Shown piece after piece: positions 24,301 to 39,300 of a stretch of DNA of 64,000 nucleotides. Under the pieces are notes generated by a model. The model did not search any database, was not told the origin of the DNA, and was given only the letters and a program-made list of their open reading frames with translations. How positions within the stretch are numbered: the first letter of the stretch is position 1; the number at the start of each line of letters is the position of its first letter. The translations under genes and the position numbers were made by a program. Source of the DNA: Botryllus schlosseri. Lineage: Eukaryota. The stretch lies in assembly GCA_051294905.1 (NCBI GenBank), contig CM119372.1, positions 30,630,001 through 30,694,000 of the forward strand, written 5' to 3'.

Positions 24301-27300
24301 TCGCAGCTGTATACAATAGGTCAACATTTTTGGTTTGACCACTAGGTGGCTTTTCATAAAATGAGCAGCCAAAAAATTGCAATATTTTTATAATTCCTTG
24401 ATATTGAAAAAAAATTCATATTTTCATAAGATGCACAAGGTTTACACTTGTCAGCACGCCCGATTCCAGCTAAATATCCAACTAGTAGAAAATTCATTGT
24501 TTGCTGGCGTTTACTGGCAATTTCCATAATAGGCCTTGGCAGCTAAAGTGTTAACGGGATTGTCTTTAAACGATAGTAGATAGCAGCCAAAGCCTGCGAG
24601 GCCGGCGGCGCGATAGTTCAGGCCAACGACGCGACATCTTGAGCACTAGACCTATTGCAGATGCGATTGCTAATCATTATACAATTAACGGCATTGTCTC
24701 TAAACGATAGTAGAGAGCAGTCAAAGCATGCGAGGCCGGCGGCGAGATGGTTTAGGCCAGGGGTCGGCAACCTTTTGCTAGTCACGGGCCAAATTCCGAG
24801 TGCACAACTTTTTGGCGGGCCGGAATTTTTCTTAATACTATATATTTAACGCTAACGTCGGTATAGTACCCTACATTGCTGCAATCTCAATCATACATAT
24901 TTACATTTCAACAACGCAGGATAAATGTCACACTTGGCGCAGCTCGATTTGTAAAACGTTTTCAACTTCTGGTAACAAGTCAGAGAAAGCAAGAATCAGA
25001 CCATATTTTAAATGGGCGTTGGAATACGTGATCTTAGCTAGCTCTTCGTGAATTTCATTGTTGAAAACTATTGTTCACATGCGTAGGCCTACACGCTACC
25101 AAAAGTCGATGCCATTTCTTTTGCATTGTTGGTCGAGCTGGGAAACAGACCCATTTTAATACCGTAGGCTACTCTTTGTCAAAGTCGTGCAGCGATATGT
25201 TCTTTGTATGAAATTTGTCATTCAAGTCAACTGTATCGCTTTTCAAAAGGACCCATTTGAAATTTTCTGGTAATGGTATTGACGTTCACATTAAACGGAG
25301 TACTGAGTAGTCAGAATTTATTTTGTACAGAACGAATGTCGGAAAGGTGGGTGGCAATTCCGTAAGTAAATTTCCTATCACAGTTACAAATGTGTATTGC
25401 TGGTGCTAGGTTTACTCTCCTCTAGTATAAGAAAGTGAGCATAATTTTATTTTTATTTTTGTCATTCCCAGAGTCGCAGTTTTGTTTCCAATACGCTTCA
25501 ACATCTCATGTACTCAGTTATTTCACCATGAAGTTGCAAATTCAATTTGTCTAGATGTGACGTTAAATGTACTACGAAAGCAAGAGTTTAGTTCATACAC
25601 TCGTGCAAGCATAGCTGCTCGACTTGATGCGCGAACATGGCAGATATATACAGGACATCGCCATATTGATTCTCTGCTTCTAGTAATATATGGGGTAGGC
25701 TATCTGTTCGTGATTAAGTTTGTGAGACCAAAATCAGCTTTCGCCACTGTGTCCAAAACACTATTCAGGTTTGTTGTCGTGGCGTACAATGTCCTCTGGT
25801 GAATTAAACTGCAGATGACTAACCTATACGGAGGCTAGTTATCTATAATGAAACGGAAAGTTTGAGATTTTGTCATTGCGTTTTTGAAGCAGAGGAACGG
25901 CACCCTTATTGTCGCACCCTATCATAGTGGCATATCCTTAAAAAGTATTGTATACCTTTGTTTGCGCGGTACACCCGCCTAATAAGCACTGGTCTAGTCT
26001 ACTCTACAGATATTCTCTATGTCCTACTTTTAGTACGAGATAGGCTACTAGTCAACCGCCTTCGCACCCGCGGCAATGCCGCATTCTTTCCAAGCAGTGC
26101 TGCACTGCAGGTTGGAACTCATTACAAAACGGCGGGCCGTATTCTTGTGGTAACTAATTACTTGGTCGCGGGCCGGGTGATTTCGCTTGGCGGGCCGGAT
26201 CCGGCCCGCGGGCCGTAGGTTGCCGACCCTTGGTTTAGGCCAGTGGTTCCCAACCTTTTCCCACCCACGTACCATTTTGAGGTTTTATGCAGTGCTCGCG
26301 TACCACCTATATAAGTTACGTGCGTTTCCACCATTTATGACGTCATACTCACGTATTTGACCTATGCGAGGTGTATTAACAAATTCTAGTAAACTAGGAC
26401 AGGGATGTCAAACATACGGCCCGCCAGACGATTTTATCCGACCCGCATAGCAATTCTGAGTAGGCTACATTGAAAAAAGATTGTAGCCTATTATCCATCA
26501 CATCCACAGTAATAAACCAAATTACAAAGTCCGCGTTGACAGTTTAATATCTTGTATTTATCACAACGCATACGCAGGGATAACGCCAGATTATGACTAA
26601 AGCAATGGTGGCCAACCTTTTTGCCATTCACATTTCGACTACTCGTGTAACCTACGGCCGTATTCCAGGGCATAGTCGTAATGAACGAGCTGGACGCCAA
26701 ATACCCAGGTTAAAGTGTCTATATGTCCATTTCTGGTAAACTCCGGACTAATCTATTTAATGGTAGGCTTACTATGCGCACTAAAATCGCGAGTGGTCAC
26801 TGGTAACGTCAAGGAAGCAAGTGCTCATAGTCGCGCGAAGCGCGAAAAAAATTCAGATTCACCAATGAATTTCGTCATTGATATTAGTAGTTTTACATAT
26901 TACCATCAAACTTTTATCCTTTCTCATCCGGTGTGATCAGATTCACGTAAGAACAGAATCTACTCGCGTACCACCTGGAAGACCTTCGCGTATCACAGGT
27001 TGGAAACCATTGGTCTAGGCCAGGGGTGGGCAAACTTTTGAGCTCGCGGGCCGCATTAAGCATCTAAATCCATTCGCGGGCCGCACTATAGGCTATAAAA
27101 TTGGGAATATAAACCGAAACGCAATATCGGTATTTGATAATGTAGTGAGGACATGGAGTTGATATATGTGCTTATTTAAAACAAACCAAACATTGCTTTG
27201 ATGATATCGTACTCGCCTCAGAAACATAGTGGCGAGATTTCATCGGCTGGTCGGCCTCAATAACCAATTTGTCAAGACTATAGAGATGAAAGTCGGATGT

Positions 27301-30300
27301 CCCGATTCTTAGAACCGGATAGAAATTTAAATCTGTGAGCAGCGATCTGTTCATAGATTTGCTAATTCTACTTTTGGTTCAGTTCCAGGACACACAATGC
27401 TGACAGCATCATAACCATGTTAGCTTCAAATACACTTCTACTATCTGTAGATAAAATATAAATACCCCAATTCTACGCATACCGAGAAAGAATCTACCTG
27501 AGACACGCGCGAATCGTTTTTTTATAAGCACATCACTGAGATTATTAAACTGGAGTGGCCAATCTGAAATCCCACTCGTGGTCCGAATTATGTCAATCTC
27601 GTTTAGGATATCTGTGATGTTTATCAGTTGAAACCTTTCAAACTGCGTGGGTCTTGAGATCGGGCTGTCGCGGCAGAAATTAAACATAAATATTAATATA
27701 GGAAGTATTTACCTTGGAACAGGGGTATTTACCTTGGAACAGGGGTTCTCAAACTTTTTAAGACACGCCCCCCTTTATGATGGTGAAACATTTCGCGGCC
27801 CCTTATCGTCATATCACAAAACGCAACCAGGATGCTAGCCAACCTAACGGATAGTTTGATGGCATGGAAGGTTACGACTGTGGATGGGAGATTTTCAACT
27901 ATTAAAATCATACCGAATACCGAGCAATAATAATGAAGTGGATTACAATCGCGCGGAGCGCGAAAAATTTTTTCAGTTGAGCTCAGCTTCGCACCCCCTT
28001 CAGATGCCTTCACACCCGCAAGGGGGGCGTGCACCCCAGTTTGAGTACCATTGTCTTAAAATTATCATGGTGAGATATACTAAGAAAAAGCTTAATCAAG
28101 TCCCTACCTTAATTCGATATTGAGTATTTGAGTATTTTATCAATATTTAAAAAAAGTTTCTTTAGACTCTCGCGGGCCGCACAGAACGGGCCGTAGTTTG
28201 CCCACCCCTGGTCTAGGCCAACGAACCGACATCTTGCGCAAGACGATATTACAGATGCGAGTGCTCGGGCTAACGGTTATGTCGTGCGCACCAGGTCTGT
28301 TGGACAGGGTATGGTAAGGTATGGTATGGTATGGAAGTATGGTATGGTATGGATCGATATTTTGGTATGGAATATGGAACAATGCAAGTATGGTATGGAA
28401 TGGAAGATTTTAATCTATGGTATGGAACGACTTTTCCATACTTCCATACATTGGTGCTTTATACATTTTATCGTGATCTGTGTGTCTGTCATGTGATGCA
28501 ATAATTGGTAATGTAGGCTACTACCTCATTCCTTAAGTGACGACAGCTTACAAGCAATCATGATGCAACGAACTAAATGCTCAAGGTGATTGATGATTAG
28601 ATTTATTCCGGAACATTGTCCGCACATCTATACTATTTACATACCAAATATATCTTATTGGTCATATTTCAAACGATCTCGCATTAGGATTATAGATCAG
28701 GGAGTGGGGTAGATGTAAGTTTGGAATTCTCGCCACGCTAACCCCGACCAAATACTGTACTAACAATCATGCAGATTGCCTGCAGCTGGGATATTTTATG
28801 GGTGCGCCTATACTATAAATTATTTTGCGAGTATTTACTTCAAACTTGCATGTGCCTCATGCCAATGTACCGGAAATGAGATGATAGGGGGAGATGTGGT
28901 ACCGATGGATCACTGGGACCGAAAATACTTTGAAAATTCTCTATGATAATTCCATGATTACACTCCGCATGCTGGCAAGATCTTTCCTCACATACAAAAA
29001 AATTCGACGTGCGCGAGCAATGGGGTCTCTCACAGATGATTTTTGTTTTAGCGGGTGTAAACTAAATTTAGATCGACATATACGTTTTTCTTTGTAACCT
29101 TCAACACGAACAAACCAGCAATCATTTTTATTGTGAAGTGTAGGGCTTGTATCAGGCTATATAATGGCACCGATTATTTTTTTCAGTACTTTCCTTGAGT
29201 GGGCTTTTCTTCGATTCATGTATAAAATTCGTGGGGTGGGGACCGATGATACAATAGCCAAATCAAGCAAAATAATCAAGCATACTAATCATGAAACAAA
29301 TAAAACATGTCTACGTACAGAAAATCTTTATGTAATAATTGCATATGATGTTTTGTCGCTATAACGAGGTATTTGGAAGTCACACTGTCGATTTTCGGAA
29401 AATATGTATGTACCCTCAAATTTATAAGCCCGAGCCTAAATCGCAACGTGATTTTATGACAACATTTGAGTTAATAATTATTCTATTTTTTGACAGTTGC
29501 GACCAAACATTCTTCTCGGGCTTGCTGTAGCTCACATTATAATACTGAGCAATAAAAGTAGTCACATTTGAGTTTTTTAGGGTATATGTGTCATAGGTCC
29601 CCGGGTCGTGTGCCATTGGACCCACCGGGTGGGGACCGATGACACGTTCGAGCAACAAATTTTGAACGCCCATAAATATTTTTTGAAAAGACGGATATTC
29701 ATGTATATGTGCGCGATAGGTAGAGCTTGTATCAAAGTGCTAAGCCAGCAAAAGATCTGCTGTTTTCGGCTGAACATTTCAGGGCCAGCGATCATTTTCC
29801 GATTTGTGATCCATCGGTACCACATCTCCCCCTATGCATGGAGCAGGGGCGGGCAACTTCTCCAGTCGGCGGGCCGGAAATATGGAAATTAGGTACTTGG
29901 CGGGCCGGAATGCTGAATGGATAAATTATTCGCCCATGTATACAAGGAATAAATCGTATTTAATGAATGTATTTTATCGACAGCAATGTCACTTCAAAGC
30001 CATTTCTCGCCGATAATGGCCACAAGGTTGATTTGAGAATCATAGCATTGTCATACAGGCACCGCCGACCGCCGTGTCTGCTTCTTTCTGATCAAATACC
30101 TCACGGTGCAATCCTTAATTAAGATTTCAAAGCGTTTGATAAGCCCGGTACCCAAAATTTACCAAGAATAAATTAATTAGGGTTCAGCACATCGTAAATG
30201 CCGATAATGCAAGTCTTCTCGCTTAGACGAACTTACGCGTAACCTGCACTATCGCACGCTGCACAGTGCGCACACCTATATAATAACATACAGTCACTAA

Positions 30301-33300
30301 AATTTGACGTTTAGGCAAGTGATTATGTAAGACGGGAAACTGTCCGCGGGCCGGAAAAAATCTTGTTTCGGGCCGCATCCGGCCGGCCGTAGGTTGCCGG
30401 CCCCTTTTATGGACAGTACTAGATAACAATCTGCTCACTATCTCATTTTGCTCGCGGAAGCAGTAGAGTAGACGTACACGGCACCTCACCACCGTGAACT
30501 AAACCTCACCAAAACAGACTCTATAAAACTATTACCAGTACTTAGATTCGCATTAGATTCGCTAGTTTAACCAATAATGACATCCGAAATATCAATAATA
30601 TAGGTGCTATAAAAGGTACTATACTTATGATATTGAAGTATTTGAAAGTATGGAATGTATGGAAAGTATGGTATGGAAAATTGCAAGTATGGTATGGAGA
30701 GAGTAAGGCAAGTATGGAGTATGGAAAATTCTCGTTCCATACCATACCATACCATGCCCTGCTGTTGGAGATGCGACTGATTACGCAAGCGATTATATCT
30801 TGCGCACATGGCCTCTTGTATATGTATATGCGATTGTTTGGGCCTGTCGTTGACGCGATGAATTAGCGAGAATTGCCGCGCGTTAGTGCCTATTAGTGAC
30901 CTAATTTCGGTCGCGTACAAACGGCAAACCAACTCAGCGGGAGATCCCGTGCTTGTGCAACACGCTTTCCGCTAATTGGCAACGCGTTACACTCTATAAT
31001 ACGAATTACTGTGCGCGATGGCTGAAAGTGATGCGCGATTGGAAACAATTAAGTTTTTTTATCGAGGCAGATTTTTTTCAAGGCTTGTTGTACCCATGTA
31101 TAATACGCACCCCCCTATTTTAGGGCAAAAAATCGTGAAAATTTAGCGGATTATACATGGAAAATTACGGTACTTTATTTTGGAATCTAAAAGTTATTAC
31201 GCACTATGATGTCATAATATGCATATGTTCAAATGTAAAAATTTTTGGTGTAGCTCTTTTTGCGTTACTTTCGCTTTAACACCTAAATAAAGAGCCGAGC
31301 TCCGAAATTCCGTGTCACTACCAAAGTTATATACTTACAAGTGGCCACTAAATAGGGTATGGAAGCTGCTAAGGTCTTACGTTTGTTACGTTTGTTACTA
31401 ATTATGTAATCAGACGGAGCGACGGTAGAGGATAAAACGAACATCTTTAGAGATGTCGATTTGGACGCACGCGCGATCAGAGACATTTTATCGTTGCTCG
31501 ATTAGACTGGCAAATACACTTTTTCCTGCTCTAAATAATTTTATCACCCATACGCACCGCAAGCTGCATTCCCGGCTCCCAATAATTCGCGAGCCAGATT
31601 TTCGTGATAGTCTTTTTGGTCGGAGCGCGAAATTGGACAATGTATATGTCTGGGAATTGGAATTCTTTCCAGCACATAATCTTTACTTCAATAAGGCTCT
31701 GCGAACGTTAATCTGGAAATGTAGCAATTAGCCAACAATTGCCGCGCTGCGAGCTATTGAGAGCCACATTGTGTTCAACGTAAAAGACAGCGCTTCTCGT
31801 TTGTAATCATCTGGTACCAATATTAATTATTGTCTGCAATGTACCTTGATAGTTGATACACTCGTACTCCCGTATAGCCGCGCAATGTCTAGTTCAGTTC
31901 GCTACTCGCACTACTCATTGTGCGTAGAATGATACAGCATCGTAGGCCCTGACACATCACCAGATTCTTGGTGACACAAATTCTGGTTATGTTATAATCG
32001 TTTCAACTGGAACCTTCTATATACCTATAAAACGATCACCGATGGACCGACGAGTAATTAGCGCACCTAAATCGGAGTTCAAATAATTGTGTTTTCGGAA
32101 GAAATTAGATTTCTATCGATAAGGCCGTGACGCGCGTTCATGTTGCTGTTGCTGCAGTTGCATTTAAATATTCGCACCATTTCAATATTACACTCGATTG
32201 CATGGTTTGATTATAATCAGTGCAGTGCCGGTATTAAAACTTCACATTGGTGTTTAACTCTGTTCATCTTCACATCAATGGGCCGCAGTAACTTCCGTTC
32301 TCGTGCGATTGTGACGTCATATATGCCAAGTGATTGTGACGTCATTGGACTCCGCATACCCACACAGAATCATTGTGAATTTATGATGTATTGAGCAACA
32401 ATGATCTCACAATGCCTTGGTCAAAAATTTAGGGCACGAGCGCATCTTTCTGCCAGCCTTAATTATACCACTTTCAGTGATCACTACCTACTAGAAGTAT
32501 TCGTTGATGTTGATTACAAGGATAAGAAGAGGCAGCAATATCTATGACATCCTGAACTTAATGGGAATACCATGGATTTGAAAGCACGATGCTTGTACAT
32601 TGGGACTTTATTCTGTCAATGGACATGGACGATTTTCAAATTCGCAGTCTGTGACCAATTGAACAAATTTTGAAACTATATTCTGGTGCCGTGCTACTGA
32701 GTTGCATATCACCCAATTTTTAAGTTGATTTCACTAAAAAAATTATGAATCTATCATTAAACTGATATCGTCTTGTCAACAATAAAAGGTTTAATAGTTG
32801 GTACTAGGAATTCAAAGCAGTACAGGTAAAATTGGAAAAGTATAAAACCAACATCAATTGAAAAAGTAATGTAAGTAGACTAAACCTACTTGAGTACTTC
32901 AAAATAGTCAGGTACTTGATGATCATAATCATGAACTGTCAGCATTTCTCACTGTGAATACTTCAAGTGAATACCGCAGATAATCAGATTTAATATATTT
33001 TCAAATCCAACTCCGATATTGCTCAAATTCATTTAAAAGTCGCATTAAATTGAAAAATATAAAGAATATGACATTATCTATTTTTGTCTTGATGTTTTTT
33101 GCAGCATATACACCGACTCAAGAAATACATACACACCGCTGGGCATATCAGTTACAGATATAGCCTTGTACGGCTTTCTAAGTCTTGCACCACCCCTCCA
33201 TGCTATCCCGAAAATGCTGAGCGCCAAGTGGAGAAGCCACAGAGATACCAGTTTTACTGATCAAGTTGTTAGTCTAGTCTGGGATTGAACCCATGATCAA

Positions 33301-36300
33301 GAAGCCGGACTCTCCACCATCACACTTTCTGTCGGTTGTCTAAATCTGTGGCAAATAGCATTCCCAACCACAGAAATCCAGGTACCATGCTACCTCGTAA
33401 TTCGTATTCTGTTCCTTGTCGCATTTAGAAAAGAATTGGACGGATATCTGTACCATGATGGCGGTGTAAAAGAGATTCCAGTTGGCCAACTTGTGATGGC
33501 GAGACATGCGGAACGTGAAAAGATAATTGAACGAAAAAAGCTGCAAGATGGCTCTTCTGGCGTCGATGATCATACTGACAAGGATTTCAAATTTCAAGGT
33601 ATTTCGTCAGTAAACAAATATACTCACGGCATGGCTCTGGGCTTTGCAGTGTTTAGCATGGGTTTGGATTCCGATTCCAACACTCTGACCGGTTACAACG
33701 TTTGCCGAACTCGAGCTGAATTCATACAGTGAATTTCAAGTCATTTTTAATATTTATGGAACTCGTGAATGTGAATGGACTTAAAATATTGGAGTCATCT
33801 GTTCTAGGGCATAGTCAGTGGTGCTTTACATGAGCAAAATCCAAGCATCACTGAACTACTTAATTTTACTTCAACACACGTTGAAGTAGTTCCTACTACA
33901 GCAGGGCAAAGATACGTTTAATTGAAGTAAAAATTGTCTGATATAGAGTTGACTTTACTAGCTTTTAAAATTCGTTTGTGATGGCTGGTGTCCTTTCGAA
34001 ATAATACTGCTGCTGCGTTAATGTACGATTTCTAAACTGTTTTTCGCAAGTAGGCAAAATCTACTTCTGTACTCTGAAAAGTGTGAAGTACATCGTTACT
34101 AAAGACTACAGGCATGTTCGGACATTCGCTTCTGATTAGAGCCTGTTACAACGGAATATATCCAGAACCTGATGACCTTTGACGCAGTAATATCTCAATA
34201 TGAAATATTGAGAGAATGTATACCCAGCATTGATAATGGTGAATTATGACAATATCCGATGATACCTCGTGCTTGTCATGAGAAGTCTAGATAAGAAGAA
34301 TGGGTAACGAACTCATATTGGTGTATATTTATATGCCTTGTTCTAGCTAAAATGATTTACACATTCAAATTTTCAATTGGTTCAATTAACCAAATACTTC
34401 ATAGAGACGGTAAGCAACAAAATCTTTGTGAACTGTTTTTTTCTATGAGACATGCCATTTTGGTAGCCTGGTCAATCCAAGTAGAATATTCATATGCGTA
34501 TACAAGCTATCTTCCGTGGTCAGATTATATTACACTTTCACTTTGCGTTATACCAGTCTTGAAAGCTCCGAGCAAACATATTCTGCCAGCGTGATGATGT
34601 TTTTTGATGCAAAGCGCTTTCATGCTGGCCTGCTCCTGTCACGTGTATTATGACAATCTTTCTTTTAGGCAATCAGACGCGGAAGTGTTGTTGGCTATTT
34701 GACAGGAGAGGGGCAGTAGGAGAAACTATATTGCATCTTTGTTTTCTTAACGACACAAAAGTCCATTGCTTGCTAGCACAGCACCTGATACTCATGTATC
34801 CAAATTTAGGTAAGTGTCATTTCATTACGGTTTTCCCAAGCTGTTTTACGCAATCCCCCTGGGCAAACGAGCAAGGTACAAAATGCCAGCTAAACCCAAC
34901 ACACGCAAACTACTTTAGTCCATTTTAGAAGATCCAATTCATAGGAAGCGCAATACACATTACTTTAGAGTCACAACTCAGTAGAAATGCTAGGACAGAC
35001 ACAAATGAGGAATAAAATTGTGAGAGAAGATTACTTTTCCAAAGTTGTTGCAATTCGTTGTGATATAGTAAGCACTTGAAACTTCATCATCATCACAGTA
35101 CAGACGTTCAGGCCGTCAATAGACATTACTGTCTACAATTCTCTTTGTTGATTGATTAGTTTGTTGGTTGGTTAGAAACTCATTGTTGCTAATGTTGCAT
35201 AACAAATTTCACTGAACAGCTACGGAGAGTTTTGATGACAATTTCTGATTGGATACGCCATGTATTACTACATGTACATATATATGTTTATAGTACATGA
35301 ATAGATCTATCAATTTATGGAATTTTTAAACAGATTTCCATAATGGCTAACATCCCCTTACTCGCAGCATGCCCACTTGCCCAGTCTGTAGCTAACACCC
35401 CCTGGCAGGCTGCTCAAGACCAGCGCCCACTTTGGAAACCACTGATTTCTTCAGATACTAATTGACGTTGGTGAGTATGGAGCCCGGCCTATAATTGAGT
35501 ATTTGTGGACTTTACCTGGTGCACACACCAATCGAGTGATATGATTATGACAACACGCTTCGAATTGTTTTGATTACCTGCACATTAACTTTCACTAATC
35601 GTATTTTTTCAGTGCATGACATATATCACAGCGAGGAGTACTATGGAGAATCGGTGCTGCATATGGCTCTAGCCAACGAAGACATGGAACTACTCAGGCT
35701 GATTATAGATAAAGGCAAAGAGGTGATGGATGTGTGATCTTAAATTGGTGCTTCTATCGATAACTAGCACCCAACTTCCGCATTGCTTATTCAAAAATAC
35801 TTTGGGAATCATATCGAATTCGCAAACGTCAGTGAAATAGTTGAGTCTTGCAATTCAACATCCAAAAGTTACTATTATTATTTAATAATGAAATGATATA
35901 AAATCATTCTCTTTTACTGTTATATTTCTCTGGTGACTAACTAACCGTCGGTCCAAAAAGTGCCGAAGCAGTGCAATTCATACACAATATGAGTATCTTG
36001 TTTTTAGCAAAGATTAAGGTTTCGTGTCCAATTTTCAGTAGACTTAATGTTTCTTCAAGATTAATCCAATTCTAATAAGTGATCTTGATGCCATCTAAAG
36101 TCCATTACTTATTCATAAGTAGATCAAGAGTGCCGCAATTGTGGTTTCTGGACGGTCATAAGCAGCAGCCCAGAAGACCTACCTTCAATGCATTCTGAAT
36201 AGTATCGGTGAAATTTCACTATGTCAAGATATGAGCCCATGTGCCTAACCAGGATGAAAATTTTGGAGGGCAACATTTTAGACTGTGAAATGACGTCAAG

Positions 36301-39300
36301 GGTGTACTGTGACTTAATGAAACATATGACATTACAATGTCGAAGTCAGAAATCGGTATTTCGTCTCTGGCTACCCTGAAGTATGGCCCGCTTGGCTTAT
36401 AATGCTAACTAGACCCGATTGATATCAGATTTTTGAGCTGACCCTTGGCCCAGAACACTCACTTTTTCCAAACTACTTGGAAATCGCTTCTTCTTCTTCT
36501 ACTGGGTTAGAAATTGACGACATTACTTTTACTTTTACTCGAGCACCAACGATGATTGATGTGTAGGGTTGCCATATTTTGAAGTCCGAAAAAGAGGTCA
36601 CTTGAAAAATTTTAAAAGGCATGATACTGTCGGAGAAAACTGTTGATTTCAAGTAATAGTATTGGGTTGCCTGAAAAAAAAAAGGTCATCAGTTCATTTT
36701 CCTGGTCTCGCTCCCGAAATACCCGTCGGGCTGTAATTTTTGTTCAATTTCTTGCCGACCTTGGCATTCGCTGCGTCAGAATGCAATTTTTTCTCACATT
36801 TTAAAACCTTTTCTAGAAAAAAGGACTTTTGGGCGTCCTTCAAGGACACTTTTAATTTCTTTAAATAAGAGGACACATGGTTATGGTAACCCTACTTCTG
36901 TGACCATTGACCAGCTCTGCCGGTAAGCTATATGAAATATATCAATATTACCAGTGCAGCTTTTGCAGATTATAATTCTCTGACACCCTCCTACCATAAA
37001 TCTTCGAAGCGTGATTTTGATTCGATATAATCAGTGAACCGATGAGTCGGACGGATCTAATGCCAACACATTGCTTTTCAAGGTCGGCCTTGATTTGAAT
37101 GAGCGTTGCTATGGAAACTTTTTTTGCTTGGACGATCAGAAACTAACGAGACGTGATGACCCTATGGATGAAGTTGTGGCCGTGGACACTGAGACCAATT
37201 ATAAAGGGTGAGTTTTAAAGCAAGAGTATTTATTGAAGATGGAGCGTGTGGGATATTGATACAGGGATCTGTAATGAATACGACCTACCTCCACAAGCTG
37301 TCAAAATGGTTAGGGTCACTGGTGCTACTGAAGTAGCTGATGTAGAGAAGTCAACGTCGCCACTTGAGTAGATGTTGAAGTAGTGCCGAAATTTCGACGA
37401 GGTTCCACTGCAAATAGCAGTAGCTATATTCGAGGCATGGCAAAACTACTTCAATTTGAATTAGAAAACCGAAGGTTTGAAAAGTATTCAAGTGAGTCAT
37501 TCCAAAAAGGTAGATTTGCTCAAGGGGTCATGTAGTTTTTGGCAGATGATCCCAGACGACTGCATTCAAAATTGCCATACGGTATGCATCTTTGTGACTA
37601 ACAAAAAAAAAATAATGACACTACAAATTGGGGCAATCTTTGAAATGATGTTCAGCTACTGGGATACAGGGGCTATTTCACGCGGTTCCCTAAACAATTT
37701 TCATAAAAGCCGTTTTAACACGGTATCACAAAAGTAATTTCCACCTTTTAAAATTTGGGGTGTAAGAAGTAAGTAATTTTACCTAACAAGTGTCAAGTAG
37801 CTGTGGTAATAGTCCAAAAATATAGTCACTTTAGTAAGTAACGGTAGCATATGTATTCAAATCCTACTTGAGTACATGAAAAAAGTCAAAGCTATTCATT
37901 AATGACGACCTCTATCAAAAAGTAATTGCCTTGGGGCCAGTATTGCGGGTTACGGAGCAATGTACTTGCAGGTGCTGTCGGTATTAAAGCTCATTTCGCT
38001 TACTTATTTCAAGACCAAAACCAAAGTCTGCTATACCTGTACCAAGTACTGAATGTGTCATGTTTTAGAATTTCTACTTCTACTTTTGCAGTTATGAAAG
38101 CGAAATTAGTTTAACTAGGTGATTTTGAGATAATTTCGCATCAATTGCAAGCGGCAAACAAACGGTAGCCGTCTCGGTAGCATGTAGATTTAGAATGGCG
38201 TGATCTGTACCACCAGCTGCTGTTCTGCATTAGTTGCAGTGGTGTATCTTGAAAACTTGAATCTTTTGAAGAATCTTCCTAGGCTGGCTACGAATGACTT
38301 TTTATAGCTACTAGTTTGGGTACATTTCAAATTTCTCCATTTCCAGTTTTTCTGCATGCCTAGGGGACCTCGACTTTGACTAGGTAGCGGCAGTTTTGAC
38401 CCCTTCACACGATGACAATTATTAAGGAATACATTTCGCTTGCCATGTAATTCAAGAGTTTACAATACTGTAGTACTAAATTAGTATGAATATCCCGCAG
38501 GCTTATGTATTGGGGAGAAACGCCGTTATCGTTTGCCGCATGCTTGAGCTTGGGAGAGGCAATGGGATGGCTTTTAGATGCTGGTGCCGATCTCTATGCT
38601 ACCGATTCCAATGGTAACAACGTTCTGCATATGATGGTCATCCATAAAAACAAGGTAAATATTTTAGCTCTCTTGAAATACGAACCAGGAGACGTTATAC
38701 AGGCATTTGACACACACGTAATTCTCTGGAAGTTTCTTAAGTCAATACAGATTTTCACTTGAGACAAGTCAAGTCACACTTATTATCCAAGTGGCTTGGA
38801 TCAAGATGACTGTAGTGTTGTGAAGTACAGTTTGAAATTTAGCCTAGTAGCAGTTAAATCTGTGGTTCATATTTAAAATCTTACATAGCCTGTCAGATTT
38901 CAGCCGTGATAATGAATACACAACGATATCATAAATTACAGGATATGTTCAACATTGCATATCGCGCAGCCAAAAAAGACCCGGAGAAATGCAACCAGCT
39001 ATTGGAACATAGAAACAGGTCAGTGGGTGTTGCGGTGTTCCTCTTCGTCACAGAGCAATGTGTGTCAGGGTATTGGCAGCCATGAGGAAATAATTTTCGA
39101 TGGTCATTACGTTTTAGGCTATGGCTCAATCACAACATCATCACCAGGGCAAGTTTTTGCAAATTTTGCAATTTTTTTACAGCTTCCGAGAGCTTCCTAA
39201 ATACTCAGAAGCTATGAAGTATGATGTTTTAAGCTGTTTGAAGGAATCTCTCTTTGATTTGCTCACAAAAGAGCAATATGATCGACTGACTAGCTGCATC

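Larger units (their letters stand above)
28305..30761. mobile_element. hAT MITE with (GTATG)n subterminal repeats, hosting two nested MITEs
   Basis: CAGGGTATGGTA...TACCATGCCCTG; perfect TSD ctgttgga (28297-28304, 30762-30769). Confidence 0.85.
23887..31170. mobile_element. Tc1/mariner-like MITE (CCGTAATTTTCC termini) expanded by nested insertions
   Basis: CCGTAATTTTCC at 23887 and GGAAAATTACGG-TA at 31159-31172; subterminal CCCATGTATAATACGCACCC near both ends; left TA not conserved. Confidence 0.6.

Noticed and set aside
31380..32547. Possible decayed DNase I/EEP-like gene ([23 protein letters not shown], acceptor followed by DHYLLEV)
   Set aside because: Only scattered weak resemblance; key motifs (GDFNA, YDR) were not found. 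It needs a translated HMM search before any claim.
32817..32832. Donor-like acag|gtaaaa as the missing TRPV upstream exon
   Set aside because: It lies in an AGTA-rich MITE remnant with no TRPV-like open frame; better-matching exons are at 15302 and 15724.
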